Shown piece by piece: positions 37,440-50,093 of a stretch of DNA of 64,000 nucleotides. The position numbers and the translations under genes were made by a program. Under the pieces are notes generated by a model. That model saw only the letters and a program-made list of their open reading frames with translations. It was not told the DNA's origin and did not search any database. The stretch is from Neodothiora populina (Eukaryota): NCBI RefSeq assembly GCF_041146345.1, contig NW_027191405.1, positions 62,001-126,000 of the forward strand. The letters are read 5' to 3'. Each line of letters opens with the position of its first letter. Positions within the stretch are counted from its first letter, which is position 1.

Positions 37440-38023
37440 ATGACCCACTCCACCCATGCATCTCATCACGCCCCACTCGGCATAGAAGAGCTCTGGAACC
37501 TCACAGCCGGTGAGAGCTCTCTGACGATACTAGCAAAGAACAAGCACTCTGACCGAGTGTTTCTCGCCCAGCGAACCTGTTAGTTCTCCACGACCACTCG
37601 TCCCTCTTCACCAGCACGGACGATCCCGCGAGTTCACCACCTCAACAACCGTGGATGCGCATGGCCATGATCAAAAACCCCTCAGCAGCAAATGGCTACC
37701 AAGCAATCCTGGTCGAACGCGGCCGCCTCGTCTGCGAAACAGGGATATGCAGCACGCCCTACGAGGCAGCGATAGCCATGCTCGATCACACGTCTGTCGA
37801 AGTCGGGCAGGCGTTGATGCACTCGCGCGCGGGACTGAGGGAGGGCAGACCGCAGCATGAGACTGTGCTGAGGCTTCGGCGGGAGCCGAGTCGTGATGGT
37901 GCTATGACTGTTGATTCGGTCTGCACTGCATCGACCGTTGAGGTCAGACATAAGCCTTTTGGTCAGTCAAGGGGTTGTTTCTTGGTCGGGGAAGAGAGTG
38001 ATGGTTATTCTATCAGAGGTTGA
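37440..38023 (+). CDS. Hypothetical protein (~173 aa, one intron)
   Basis: ATG 37440; intron 37510-37571 (GTGAGA, CTGAC, CAG) fuses two ORF-track fragments in frame; TATAATAAA at 37261. Confidence 0.5.
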
Positions 38024-38475
38024 CTGCGATGTTCGCCGAGCAGGGAAAGCAGATGTTAAGATGCAACGATTAGTGAATCAAGCAACCATTGGTTTCATTC
38101 AAGCATTACGAGGGACATGCTCCGCATCAGAGACATGTTCTACTGATCAGCACTGTTTTATATTCATGTTCCAAGTATGCGAGAAGAGCACTACCCCAGA
38201 AGTGGGGATACTCGTTGGACTCGAACTCGGAGATAACGGACATGCCTAAGACCTTCGGCTTCGGGCTTGTCGGAGGAAAAGCGACAGTAGAACAAAGTAC
38301 GTGATTTGATCCGCATGACGTCGGATGCCGGATATACTGGACTGAACAAGAACAAATGAGTGGTTTCGCGATTAATGATTTATCATAGAAGTATACAAAC
38401 GCCGGTTCAGTTTCCTTTTTTGCCCTTTGAGAAAGAACTACATAGACGTTTTTGTGTGTATAGAGCAGAATAAGA

Positions 38476-39678
38476 ATGTCGGCGCTCAGGATAGCGAGTA
38501 GACGCGCAGCAGTGACGACGACGACGACGATAAGGCAACGGCAACCCTTTGGATCAACAGCATCACAAGGAGCAGCAGCAGCAGCGACAGGACTACTACC
38601 AGCACAACAAAGGCACTCCTCATCGACGCGAACAGCCCTCAAAATCCCCTCTCAAGCAGCCCCAAAACCTCGACCCCCATTCGAGATAACCCCCCACTGC
38701 CCCTCCCCAACATGCTCCTGCACATCCATGCCACCCGATCTAGAAATCGACCACAAAACGCCCCTGAACGGATCCATGGCGCCCTACACAGAGCAAGTCC
38801 TGATCAGCACTGGCAAGCCGGACTGGAAATCACGGATAGAAGACGAAGACGACGCGCATCTGTTGCAAGGCCTCAAGAAGTTGTTGGGCAGGGGTGGCAG
38901 ATTCGCGGATCCGTTCAGTAATGTGCTGTTGACGAATTCGTCGTTTGAAGCGACGCCTTCATCGGCTTCTTCTGTAGTGGGGCAGAGCGGTGATAGTGAT
39001 GCAGCGCAGACAGGCAGCGCATACGTCCTGCCCTCATTCACGTACATCCCATCCATCAGCACCACAGACGCGAGTCTCGAAACCCTGATAAAAGGCTTCG
39101 TGCTCCCCTCTTCTCTGCCCTCGCACCACCCCCTGCTCAACACCGCCTCTCCGACAAAACCCGAGGACCTCCCGGTCCGCCAGCCAGCGCTGCAATCTGC
39201 GTTCCCGTCCGCGCGCCCAGTGTCGGAGCTGCTAGTGCTCATCTGCGGACACGGAGGGCGAGACTCGCGATGTGGGATCCTGGGTCCGTTGCTAGTGCGT
39301 GAATTCGAGCAGAAATTGTCCGAGGCGGGGGTCTCGGTGTTGAAATCTGCGCCGTCTCTTTCTGCCTCTCCACATCCACCAGCAGCTGCTGCAGCTGCGG
39401 GAAAGACAGGGGATAGGAAACTAGAGGCGCGAGTCGGCACGATCAGCCATATCGGTGGACATAAATTCGCGGGAAACATCATCGTTTACATCCCGCCTTC
39501 GTTTTCGCAGTCGGGGTCGGCATCAAACCATGCACTAGCAGGTAAAGGCATCTGGTACGGACGAGTGGAACCGCGGCACGTAGAGGGCATCGTCAAGGAG
39601 ACCATTCTGGGCGGGAAAGTGGTGGGGGATTTGTTCAGAGGTGGGGTTGGCAGAGGAGGAGAGGTTTTGAGGATTTGA
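38476..39678 (+). CDS. AIM32: Sucrase/ferredoxin-like [2Fe-2S] protein, mitochondrial (Aim32/Apd1 family)
   Basis: Arg/Thr-rich presequence; ICGHGGRDSRCG, SHIGGHKFAGN, WYGRV. Confidence 0.85.
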   Translation: MSALRIASRRAAVTTTTTIRQRQPFGSTASQGAAAAATGLLPAQQRHSSSTRTALKIPSQAAPKPRPPFEITPHCPSPTCSCTSMPPDLEIDHKTPLNGSMAPYTEQVLISTGKPDWKSRIEDEDDAHLLQGLKKLLGRGGRFADPFSNVLLTNSSFEATPSSASSVVGQSGDSDAAQTGSAYVLPSFTYIPSISTTDASLETLIKGFVLPSSLPSHHPLLNTASPTKPEDLPVRQPALQSAFPSARPVSELLVLICGHGGRDSRCGILGPLLVREFEQKLSEAGVSVLKSAPSLSASPHPPAAAAAAGKTGDRKLEARVGTISHIGGHKFAGNIIVYIPPSFSQSGSASNHALAGKGIWYGRVEPRHVEGIVKETILGGKVVGDLFRGGVGRGGEVLRI

Positions 39679-39787
39679 AGAGGTCATGTCATGTCATATC
39701 TTAGTCTGGCATACCAAGTCTCGCTTGTGCATAAAACGTAACGAAAAAGAGAGCGTAGTGTAGAAGAGAAAGAAGAGGGCGCAACAT

Positions 39788-41095
39788 CTACAAGACCAAT
39801 CTGGGATCCAGCCCCTGAATCTTCGCACTCGTAGCCCTGCCGTCAAACACAAACTCGCTGATCAACTTGCCTGTGCCGGGTCCGTTCTGGATACCCCAGC
39901 AAGTGTGACCGGCAGCCATCAACAGGCCCTTGACGCCAGTCTCGCCGATCAGAGGCCCACCGCTTCCGGAAGCGCTGACGTTGGGCAAGTAACAAGCCTG
40001 GCGGGCGGTGACCTCTCCGTCTCGTAGTTCGTCCGAGATGCTGCCTACTTGGTCGACAATCTCCTGACAGCGCACCTCGTCCACTTCGACCAGGTCCGAG
40101 TATTGCGGCAGGGGGACTTCTCGGTCGCCTTCACCGCAGGCGTAGACTTCATTCTTAGGCCGCGCGTAGATCTCGGGAGAGACTATTGAGCCTGTCGAGG
40201 AGCGGCCCTTCTTAGCTGCCTGTGGCGGCTCGAGACCGAAGCCTGCTGGAAGCTTGATCTGAGTGAACAGAGCGTAGGCGCTGACTTCTCGCGAAGGACG
40301 GATGGTCACACTGTGGGCTCGCAGAGCGCTGATTGGTGCATCGGGATACACGGAGCGAGTCCACGGTCCCGCACTGATGATGATGTCTGTGGCCGGCAGC
40401 TGGACTTTCTCTCCGCTGTTCCTGTCGTGATAGGTGATGCCTGTGACGGACTTGCCATCGTCGGAATACTGAATGTCCTTGACGGCTGCTCCGACGCGCA
40501 TGTCAGCTCCCTTGGCCGCTGCCAGCTCTGCCATGGCTGTAGTGAAGTGATAAGGATGAACTTGGGCAGTCGTGCTCGGATCGCCCATCTCGTCGTACAC
40601 GCGCAGGCAATCCGCATCCACCCAGTCGAGATCCGAGGGCACTCCAGCCGCGCGCAGCTCGCCCAGCGCCCTTGCGTCTCGCTTCTCCAGACTCACGCGG
40701 CGCTTCTTTGCCGTCTCGTTGTCTCCGTCCATCTCTCCAGTCTTGTTCGCCACCGTGTCTGTGTCCTTTTCTGACTGCAGGTGTCGGCCCTTGCAGTCGA
40801 CCTGTCCGCAATGGACTGCGCGGTATCCCCATCTCTCGACGCCGTCGTGCTCGTCGGCGAGTTGCTTGTGCAGCCGGTAGCTCAGAGGCACGATGCTCGA
40901 CGGGTATGCCCAGAGAGCCAGCAGACCTCCAGCTTTGCCACTGGCGCCACCGGCGATCTTGGTGGCTTCGAGCAGGGTGATGCGGTGCTTGGAGGCGTCG
41001 TAGGACGGGTGGTGCGTGAGGAAGTAGGCGCTCGTGCAGCCGACGATGCCGCCGCCGATGATGATAATGTCTTTCTTTTCGTCCGAGGGAGCCAT
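39788..41095 (-). CDS. TDA3: FAD-dependent oxidoreductase (DAO family, Tda3/Btn3-like)
   Basis: IIIIGGGIVG, GGASGKAGGLLA, TTAQVHP, GHTCWGIQNGPGTG; probable ATG 41095. Confidence 0.85.
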   Translation of the reverse strand: MAPSDEKKDIIIIGGGIVGCTSAYFLTHHPSYDASKHRITLLEATKIAGGASGKAGGLLALWAYPSSIVPLSYRLHKQLADEHDGVERWGYRAVHCGQVDCKGRHLQSEKDTDTVANKTGEMDGDNETAKKRRVSLEKRDARALGELRAAGVPSDLDWVDADCLRVYDEMGDPSTTAQVHPYHFTTAMAELAAAKGADMRVGAAVKDIQYSDDGKSVTGITYHDRNSGEKVQLPATDIIISAGPWTRSVYPDAPISALRAHSVTIRPSREVSAYALFTQIKLPAGFGLEPPQAAKKGRSSTGSIVSPEIYARPKNEVYACGEGDREVPLPQYSDLVEVDEVRCQEIVDQVGSISDELRDGEVTARQACYLPNVSASGSGGPLIGETGVKGLLMAAGHTCWGIQNGPGTGKLISEFVFDGRATSAKIQGLDPRLVL

Positions 41096-41177
41096 CGTGA
41101 CTGCGGTCCACGACTTCAAGCAACGGGTGTGATGAGAGGAAAAGGAAGGGAGATTGGAGTGGCGGAGCCAGCGGCCA

Positions 41178-41216
41178 GGAGGAGGAGGAGGAGGAGGAGG
41201 AGGAGGAGGAGGAGGA
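41178..41216. repeat. (GGA)13 microsatellite upstream of TDA3
   Basis: 13 perfect GGA units followed by GGTGGTGGA. Confidence 0.95.
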
Positions 41217-41852
41217 GGTGGTGGAAATTGACGAATTAGGGAAGCCACGATGACTTATTCTTTATGCACGAGACTCACACGACCAACACTTCGACTTACA
41301 GCAAGAAGACCTTGTCTTTCTACTTAGTAATACCCACAATACAATCCACTTGTTTTTCTTTTCTTCGCGTTCACGTTGAGTCCCATCCTTGAGTTTCGCC
41401 TCCGTCTGCTGATATCTTCTCGCACAGTGACGTCACAGCACATGACACTGCATCCCCCTCGGGAAACACTTGCGCCGAGTCATACAACATAAGGTACCTC
41501 ACCTTGCCTTCACGTGCTTCAATATAATAAACCCTCCGTCCTATGAGCAGTAAACAATCCTGCGCCTCGTCCCACCCCTTACGCAGCAGCCGAGTGGGCA
41601 CACCTCACTCTGGCTACCTACACTACCCTGCGCCCAGCCTTCCCTTCGTTGCAAAGATGCCATTACAGTGAAACACCCTGCCTCGGCAACCGTACCTTAC
41701 TATACTCATCAATCACTGTTCGCGTAGGACTATCTGCTGGCCATACACTTATGACTTGAATGTCAATTGATGGAGAGCCGCAGGTAGTTATGGTACAGTG
41801 TGACACTCGATAAGCCTATTTCAGCCGATGGAGTCGGAGGGACCAAGGGAAG

Positions 41853-41964
41853 GCTCCACGCAGTGGCGCCGTCCGCGTAGGACAATCTACCGTCGACTGG
41901 GGTCGAGTATAGACTCACAGAAGGGGGCGGAAAGCTCCACGCAGTGGCGCCGTCCGCGCAGGAC
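41853..41964. repeat. Direct repeat with 81-bp period
   Basis: GCTCCACGCAGTGGCGCCGTCCGCGYAGGAC at 41853 and 41934 (30/31 identical). Confidence 0.9.
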
Positions 41965-42023
41965 TGTTTACTGCTGATGGGATCAAGTGCTCGTATATAT
42001 CTTTACATATGTACACGTGGATA

Positions 42024-45000
42024 TCACGCAGCGACAATGCTCTCGTTCTCCCACACGCCGCCTACTCTCTTCTGGATGACTTTGCGTGCGCCCACGGGCC
42101 ACGGCGACATGCCCTCTCCGCCCTTCAGCGATAATCCCACCCAGCACTGTCTCCTCTCTCTGCCGTCGGGACCTCGCGGCATGGTCTCGATCTTGCCGAT
42201 GGGTTTGCCGACTTCGAGCAGCGGCGTGCCGTCGGCGAGGTTGGCGAGTTGCTTGGCCGTGGCGTTTGTTAGGGGGTGCATTCTCGTGCGCGGCTGCTTG
42301 GAGCCCTCGATTGTCGAGGGTGTGGAGCGCGAGAGGTGCGAGTAGATGATGTAGTCTGGCAGCTCCTTGACGGAGAGATGGGCGAGGACGGATGACGGAT
42401 GCACGTAGACTAGCTTTTGCAGTTCGCGGTCTTCGGGTGTTAGGTTTCTGTTGCTGAACTCGACTTCGTGGGATGCGAAAAGAGTCCGGTAGGCGACTTC
42501 GATGGCGCGGCGTGGCTTGCGGCCGTAGACGTTGGCGTCGTCCTTGAGCAGGTCCGAGCGGATGGCGACTTGGTCTATGAAGCCGGCGGCGACGAGCTGT
42601 TTGAGGATGCTGCGCTGCTTCTCGTCTGGCGGGGAGAGCTTGGCCAAAGCCGCATCGTTTGCCGTTCGCGACTGAGATCGCACGATGGCTGCGAGCTGCA
42701 CGCGTAGCTGCGCGGCTTCCTTCATCGCTTTCTCGCGCACAAAGTAGTCTTGGCAGAACTGTGCGGGAGACTTGGACATGGAGTAGACGGCAATGGTGGT
42801 GAGCAGCTTCATCGCATCCGACTTGTCGTCCCAGCGAGAAAGCACGGCTTGTGCCTTTCCGTAGGCTTTGCGCTTCATCTCTGCTGCAGACGCCGCCAGA
42901 TTGTCTGCCTCTGTCCTGATGGGTCTTTCGACGTCGCTGTCAGAATCTTCGTCGGATGAGTCGGCCTTGTTGGCGTCGGTGTTGTACTGGTTCTGTGGGA
43001 TGAAAAGCTCGGGAACAGCGAGTGCGGCCACAAGGGCGGTAGCGTGAGCAGCGAGGTTGTACCGCTGACCGAGCAGAAGCATACGCGCGAAACGAGGACT
43101 GAGAGGATAAGCAGCAAGCTCTTTGCCTGCATCTGTGATCTTGCCTCTCGAGTCGATGGCTCCCATATAAGTCAGAAGCTTCTCGGCCTTTGCGAGCGCT
43201 TGTCGATCAGGTGGGGTGGGGAAAGGGAAGTTGACCACGGTCTGGATGTCCATGTTCTTCAGTGACAATACAACACCTTCTATAGGAGAGCGCAGGATCT
43301 CCGGTATGGCGTACTCTTCAAAGTCACGTTCGTAGACAGCCGAAGAGTAGAGTCTGTAGCAGTGACCGGGTCCTGTACGACCGGCACGTCCGGATCTCTG
43401 CGAAGCACTTGCTTTGCTGATCCAGCCAACCTCGAAGGTCTGCACGCCTGTCGAAGCCTCGTATTTTTTCTCTTTTGATCTACCGCAATCAAAGACGTAG
43501 CGAACACCAGGGATGGTCAAGGATGTTTCCGCCACGTTGGTTGCTAGCACAATCAGACGAGAGCCTTCAGGAGGCTCCTCGAACACGCGTAGCTGCTCCT
43601 TGGTCGGCAATTGGGAATATAGAGGAAGAACGTGCACTTTAAGAGAAGTGGCGGATTCTTCGCCCTCAATGTCGAATTCGTCCTCGTCTTCATCGTCGTC
43701 CAGACCTGTGATTTCATCGTCGGAGCCATCGTCGTCGAGACCGCTGGCGGGTAGCGAAGGGTTTGAGGCGTCCATGTCCTCGACCTCGAGTGGTACATCT
43801 TGCGCCGAGACACGCATACCCGGTGGCTTGGTCTGGGTACCAGTATCAGAAGGGAAAGCATTCCGCAGCCGCTTGGCCAGAGCGACGATCTCGTTTTGGC
43901 CAGTGAGGAAAATGAGCATCCCACCGGACGGCAGCTTCTTGTGACCTCTGGAGACCTTGTTGAACATTTCGTCCAGGTAATCGCGGTTCGTGCGTCGTGA
44001 AAAGTGGACAGTGACAGGGAATTGTCGACCTTCGGCCTTGACAATCGGAGGCGGTCCCTGCCTGAAGAGTCTCTCGTTCTTGGTAAAGTCCTCGATGCGC
44101 AAAGTGGCACTCATGATGACGAGCTTGAGCGGGTAGTATCTGTCGGGATCCTCTCGGGCCATCTGGGCTCTGAGATGGACAATACGACTCATCATACCAA
44201 TAAGAATGTCGGTGTTGACGGATCGCTCGTGCGCCTCGTCAATGACAATGGCGGAGTAGCGAGACAAGATGAAGTCGTTGGCAATCTCACGCAGCAGGAT
44301 ACCGTCAGTCATGAACTTGATGGCGGTGTTCTTGGAGACGGAGGTGTCGAAGCGGATCTGGTAACCGACTCTGTTCTTCATGTCACAGAGTTCGGTGGCG
44401 ACTCGCTCGGCGACACTCACTGCGGCGACTCTTCGTGGTTGCGTGACACCAATCATGCCTCTCGTCCTATCGGCTTTGCTTGCGTCCTGGGCAGTGGTCG
44501 GCGTGCCGATGCTGCTTCCGTAGCCGCTCTCGAACATCATCTGAGGGACTTGGGTCGTTTTACCGGAACCAGTGGCACCCCAGACAACGATGACGTTGTT
44601 GTGGTGAATGGCCTCGATGATCTTCTGTTCTTCTTGCACCACAGGCAGGTTCAGACGGGCTTTCTGGATCTCGGGGGTTCGGGGCACGACGACGCTGACG
44701 GCTGGACGATTGTCGTGTGTAGAGGCAGTGGTCGGCACAGTCAGCTCAGGAGGGAGATTCTCCGGAGACGGCGCCCGAGGCACAAAGTTGGTGGGTTTCT
44801 GAGGATGAGCGAGGTGAGAATCGATTGCATTCGAGGGGACGAAGCCGACGGCTTGGTTGCGCTGCTGCGTCGCCCACGCCTTGAAAGCGCTGGAACGGGG
44901 CTTCGATACAGGCGAATCGCCATCAGACTCGGATGACTCTGACTCGAAATCTGAATCTTCGCTGTCTTCGTCGTTGGAGTATTGCTCGACGTCTGTGTCT

Positions 45001-45905
45001 TGGTCGTCGTCGGCCTTTTGCTCGTAGTAGATTTCATCGTCGAAGTTGTCGTTTTCGCTGTCGTCCTCGTCGCCGTTCTCGTCGTCGTGGTGTATCCTGT
45101 CATCGTCGTCGTCGTCGTCGTCGTCATCGTTGTCTCCCTCTTCATCGTCATCATCCTCGTTGGAGGTGAAGCCTTCCCATTCCGGCTCTTGTATCACCGC
45201 TTTCTTTGCCGTCTTTCTTCTCTTTCGCTTCTGGATGATTGGCTTCCCCGACTCGTCAACGTCGAGGGGACGCTTGAGGCCGCTGCCGAAGAGACCCCCG
45301 CTGTTGCCGAAGAGTCCGCCTGAGCCAGCCGCTGTAGCTGAAGTTGAGGCAGGTGCAGGACACGTCTGTACCTGCATCTCCCCATCATCGCTGTTGTCAT
45401 CGTCGTCGTCGCCGTCGTCGGCTTCTTCTTCCATCAACTGCTGCAGCTCCTCCTCTCTCGGCGTCGGTCTCTGTTCGAAAAGCACAGCGTCATTGGCCTC
45501 GACATTGATTCCTGCCTCTTTTTCTCTCAGTGCCCTCTCGAGCCTCTCCCTCGCACTCTCTCCACCTCTGCCCAGCTTCTTCGAACTGGCGAACAGCGAA
45601 GTGTCGACCTTGTGGGCGGCGAGCTTCTTGATCAACTCGAGGTTCTCTTCCTTTTTCAATTTGTTGTCGATGTACTTGTCCAGTCTCTTTCTCTTCTTGG
45701 ACGATATCGTGGGCTGGGCCTGCTGAGCGCGCAACTCATCGCGGAGTCTGCTCCTCTTCTCTTCTCTGGCGCTCTGGGTCTGCGGCAGGATCTCGACCTC
45801 GTTGGCCTCTGGCGGTGCTTCTGTCATCTGAGCATGTTTGTTCTTCGCAGCGGCTTCGCGCGCCTTGACTTTGTGTTTGCGCTGCCGCGGCACGAATTTG
45901 GGCAT
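42024..45905 (-). CDS. DHR1: DEAH-box RNA helicase Dhr1/Ecm16 (SSU processome)
   Basis: MPKFVPRQRK start; GATGSGKT, TQPRRVAA, DEAH, SAT, TNVAETSLTIPG, QRSGRAGRTGPGHCYRLY; acidic tracts. Confidence 0.93.
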   Translation of the reverse strand: MPKFVPRQRKHKVKAREAAAKNKHAQMTEAPPEANEVEILPQTQSAREEKRSRLRDELRAQQAQPTISSKKRKRLDKYIDNKLKKEENLELIKKLAAHKVDTSLFASSKKLGRGGESARERLERALREKEAGINVEANDAVLFEQRPTPREEELQQLMEEEADDGDDDDDNSDDGEMQVQTCPAPASTSATAAGSGGLFGNSGGLFGSGLKRPLDVDESGKPIIQKRKRRKTAKKAVIQEPEWEGFTSNEDDDDEEGDNDDDDDDDDDDRIHHDDENGDEDDSENDNFDDEIYYEQKADDDQDTDVEQYSNDEDSEDSDFESESSESDGDSPVSKPRSSAFKAWATQQRNQAVGFVPSNAIDSHLAHPQKPTNFVPRAPSPENLPPELTVPTTASTHDNRPAVSVVVPRTPEIQKARLNLPVVQEEQKIIEAIHHNNVIVVWGATGSGKTTQVPQMMFESGYGSSIGTPTTAQDASKADRTRGMIGVTQPRRVAAVSVAERVATELCDMKNRVGYQIRFDTSVSKNTAIKFMTDGILLREIANDFILSRYSAIVIDEAHERSVNTDILIGMMSRIVHLRAQMAREDPDRYYPLKLVIMSATLRIEDFTKNERLFRQGPPPIVKAEGRQFPVTVHFSRRTNRDYLDEMFNKVSRGHKKLPSGGMLIFLTGQNEIVALAKRLRNAFPSDTGTQTKPPGMRVSAQDVPLEVEDMDASNPSLPASGLDDDGSDDEITGLDDDEDEDEFDIEGEESATSLKVHVLPLYSQLPTKEQLRVFEEPPEGSRLIVLATNVAETSLTIPGVRYVFDCGRSKEKKYEASTGVQTFEVGWISKASASQRSGRAGRTGPGHCYRLYSSAVYERDFEEYAIPEILRSPIEGVVLSLKNMDIQTVVNFPFPTPPDRQALAKAEKLLTYMGAIDSRGKITDAGKELAAYPLSPRFARMLLLGQRYNLAAHATALVAALAVPELFIPQNQYNTDANKADSSDEDSDSDVERPIRTEADNLAASAAEMKRKAYGKAQAVLSRWDDKSDAMKLLTTIAVYSMSKSPAQFCQDYFVREKAMKEAAQLRVQLAAIVRSQSRTANDAALAKLSPPDEKQRSILKQLVAAGFIDQVAIRSDLLKDDANVYGRKPRRAIEVAYRTLFASHEVEFSNRNLTPEDRELQKLVYVHPSSVLAHLSVKELPDYIIYSHLSRSTPSTIEGSKQPRTRMHPLTNATAKQLANLADGTPLLEVGKPIGKIETMPRGPDGRERRQCWVGLSLKGGEGMSPWPVGARKVIQKRVGGVWENESIVAA

Positions 45906-48407
45906 TTTGTGGATGTAGATGGATGAAGGGATGAACAAGAGAAAAAGAAGATTTGTTCTACAAGTTTTGTCTCTCCTTCCTCTTCTGTTCCCCTGCTTTG
46001 CCGTGCCTTCCTCACGCTTACGCCAGACATTTTTTGGGAAAGAAAGAACCATCGGACCCTGCGGCGAATCTCCCGCCGCTAGGCGCTTGTGAAACGCGGG
46101 GTCTAGCGTGAATCTATCCTTCCTCTCCTTCGTCCTACTCCTCTCCTATCGCTGTGCTGTAGACCTGGCAGCAAATGAGAAACCATGTCGAGTCGCGTGA
46201 TATCCTCATCAAATGTCCCGAAATGTACGCTCGCGCGCACGCTGTGATCAAAAGTCCTAGCTGATACACGTGTTCACCGTTGAATGACTTCTGCAGTCAG
46301 TAGGAACAGTGTCCAAGAGGGACGGGCACTGAGACCATACATGTTCTCTGTTCTCTGTTCTGTTTGTTCACAATTCTGCTCGAAAGCCCCCTACAGCAAG
46401 GAGAAGAAGCACAGGAAGTAAGTAAGGTAGGTATCAAGAACAAATTTGGGTCGAGTCATGCGCACGACTGCTAAGTCGCCGCTGCGTCGCGGCTCACATC
46501 CGAGCTCTCCGGAGAGTGCTCAAAGTACTCCCTGAGGTCTGAGGAGTCACGTTAGGCATCCATATAAATTCACGTCAGATTCTCTTCTTCTTTTCTCTTC
46601 TTCTCCCCATATCTTCTGCATGTTGGTAAGGAACGTAGCTGCATCCTGAGGACTGCATCGCTTGTGGTCGAAAGATATACGACCCATCATGATGGCGGTC
46701 CTTCCTCGTCAACCCTTCTTGGTATGCCTGAGGCAACAAACACAAGCCCCAGCAATCTCGCTCTAGCTACCTAGTACAATACCTTGCCCTTGTCCTTCGA
46801 GATGGCGGGGTTTCCTTCGCGAAGTTTCGTCTTCGTCTAGACGTTCAACCTGCTCCATCCACTTGGCCCCAGGGGCGACTTATTGGTGCTGCATACAGTA
46901 GCTGCATCTCCGTACACTCTACTGCAGAAATGCACCAGACAGGTAAATGTGGTTCATCCACCGTGCAATAGTAGTCCAATCAAAAGTCAGGCTTACTCCT
47001 GAATTAAAAATAACATCACACCTGCTGCGCATGCTTCCATGTGCAATTTACCCCACGCTTCTGTGCTTCTACGCACTCAACGACCCCTCCAAGAGGTCAA
47101 AGCACGTGATGTGACTCGAGCACGAAGTAGCTCTACCGCAAAGTGAGTCGTTCAGGAAAGACAATGTAATTAAGCAGATGCCTCGACTGTTCATTTACGA
47201 ATATGTCATAGCAGTACAAAGATCCAGTGTTGAGCCCCCGACTCAACCATCACGGTTCACGTCTGCCCACGTCCAGGACGTTTTGCACAGTTGCGTGTTT
47301 TGGAGCAATGACGACAGTGTGGTTGGCGTGACTTGAACCTTGGGACTCAGGTTGGCTCAGGTCCTCATCACACAAGCACAGGGACGGTGTAAACGCGCTA
47401 CAGCAAGTACAGCATGATGATGGAACTCTACAGCATCTGGCCTCACCCATCTTACACGATCGTGATCCTCATCTCGTTGGAAATGATCTTGTTCCAAGTG
47501 AGACCTTGGTTTTAGACGTAGGATTCTAGCCGGACACGCCGCTTACATGGCGGCGAGATGGGGCAGAAACAAAGTCTGGCAAACAAGCGACCACTCGACC
47601 CCTCTTCTTCGCTCTCTTCTCCCTAAGGCATTTACAAGAGATTGAACCATGTCTGGTCTGGTCGCGTTGTTGCGCCACCGAGCGGCTTGCCAATGTGGTC
47701 TTGGCGTCGTGTCTGTGGCCACCCCATCATTAGGTTATCACGCTCGTTTATATAGAGGATTCGAGAGAGGACATGGGAATGCCGCGCGTTCGGTGGTGCG
47801 CGAGCACTGCAAGGCTACAGTATTCCTCGATGGAAGTACGGTATATATAGATGCATACGTGATATGATACGGGAAGAAAATGTTCATGTTGTTCAAAGAC
47901 CACAACTGCAATATTACATGACTTCGGAAAAAGCAAATCAAGTCTTGCTGTGGAAAGTACTGTACAATAGCGGTGCAAGCGGCTCGGGCCAACAGGATAC
48001 AGCATCGATCAATCCCATCAATCAAAACAAGAAGCACAGAGGACGCAACATCGCTGCCACTGTCATCCATCAGGTCGTGTCGTCAATCGGTCGGTCGCGT
48101 TGATTGCAGTACAACTGGGGGCTGGGTGGCCGTTTCCTAAACAAGTCTAGTGAGTTTGTCGTTGGTCGGCTCTTTCCCTTTGGTGAGGTGGGCTGTGCGT
48201 CGCCTTCCCTCTCAATCCCTCACCGCACGACGACAGCTGTTCCTCCTTCCTGTTCCTGTTCCTCGTTCTTGACCTCTTCCCATCGACAACTCCACCTCGA
48301 CATCTCCATTTGCCTTGCAGCTCTAATTCCTTGCTGCTTCCATTAGACCTCGTCTTCTTCTTCACATTTTAATTTCACGAATCTAACGCATCACAACTCC
48401 AGTCACA

Positions 48408-50093
<1,686 letters not shown>

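Noticed and set aside
41853..41964. Repeat pair as a CRISPR-like array
   Set aside because: Only two copies, eukaryotic context, no cas genes
43513..45926. Long plus-strand ORFs (up to 310 aa) antisense to DHR1
   Set aside because: Shadow ORFs caused by codon bias and GAC/GAT acidic repeats; no recognisable domain
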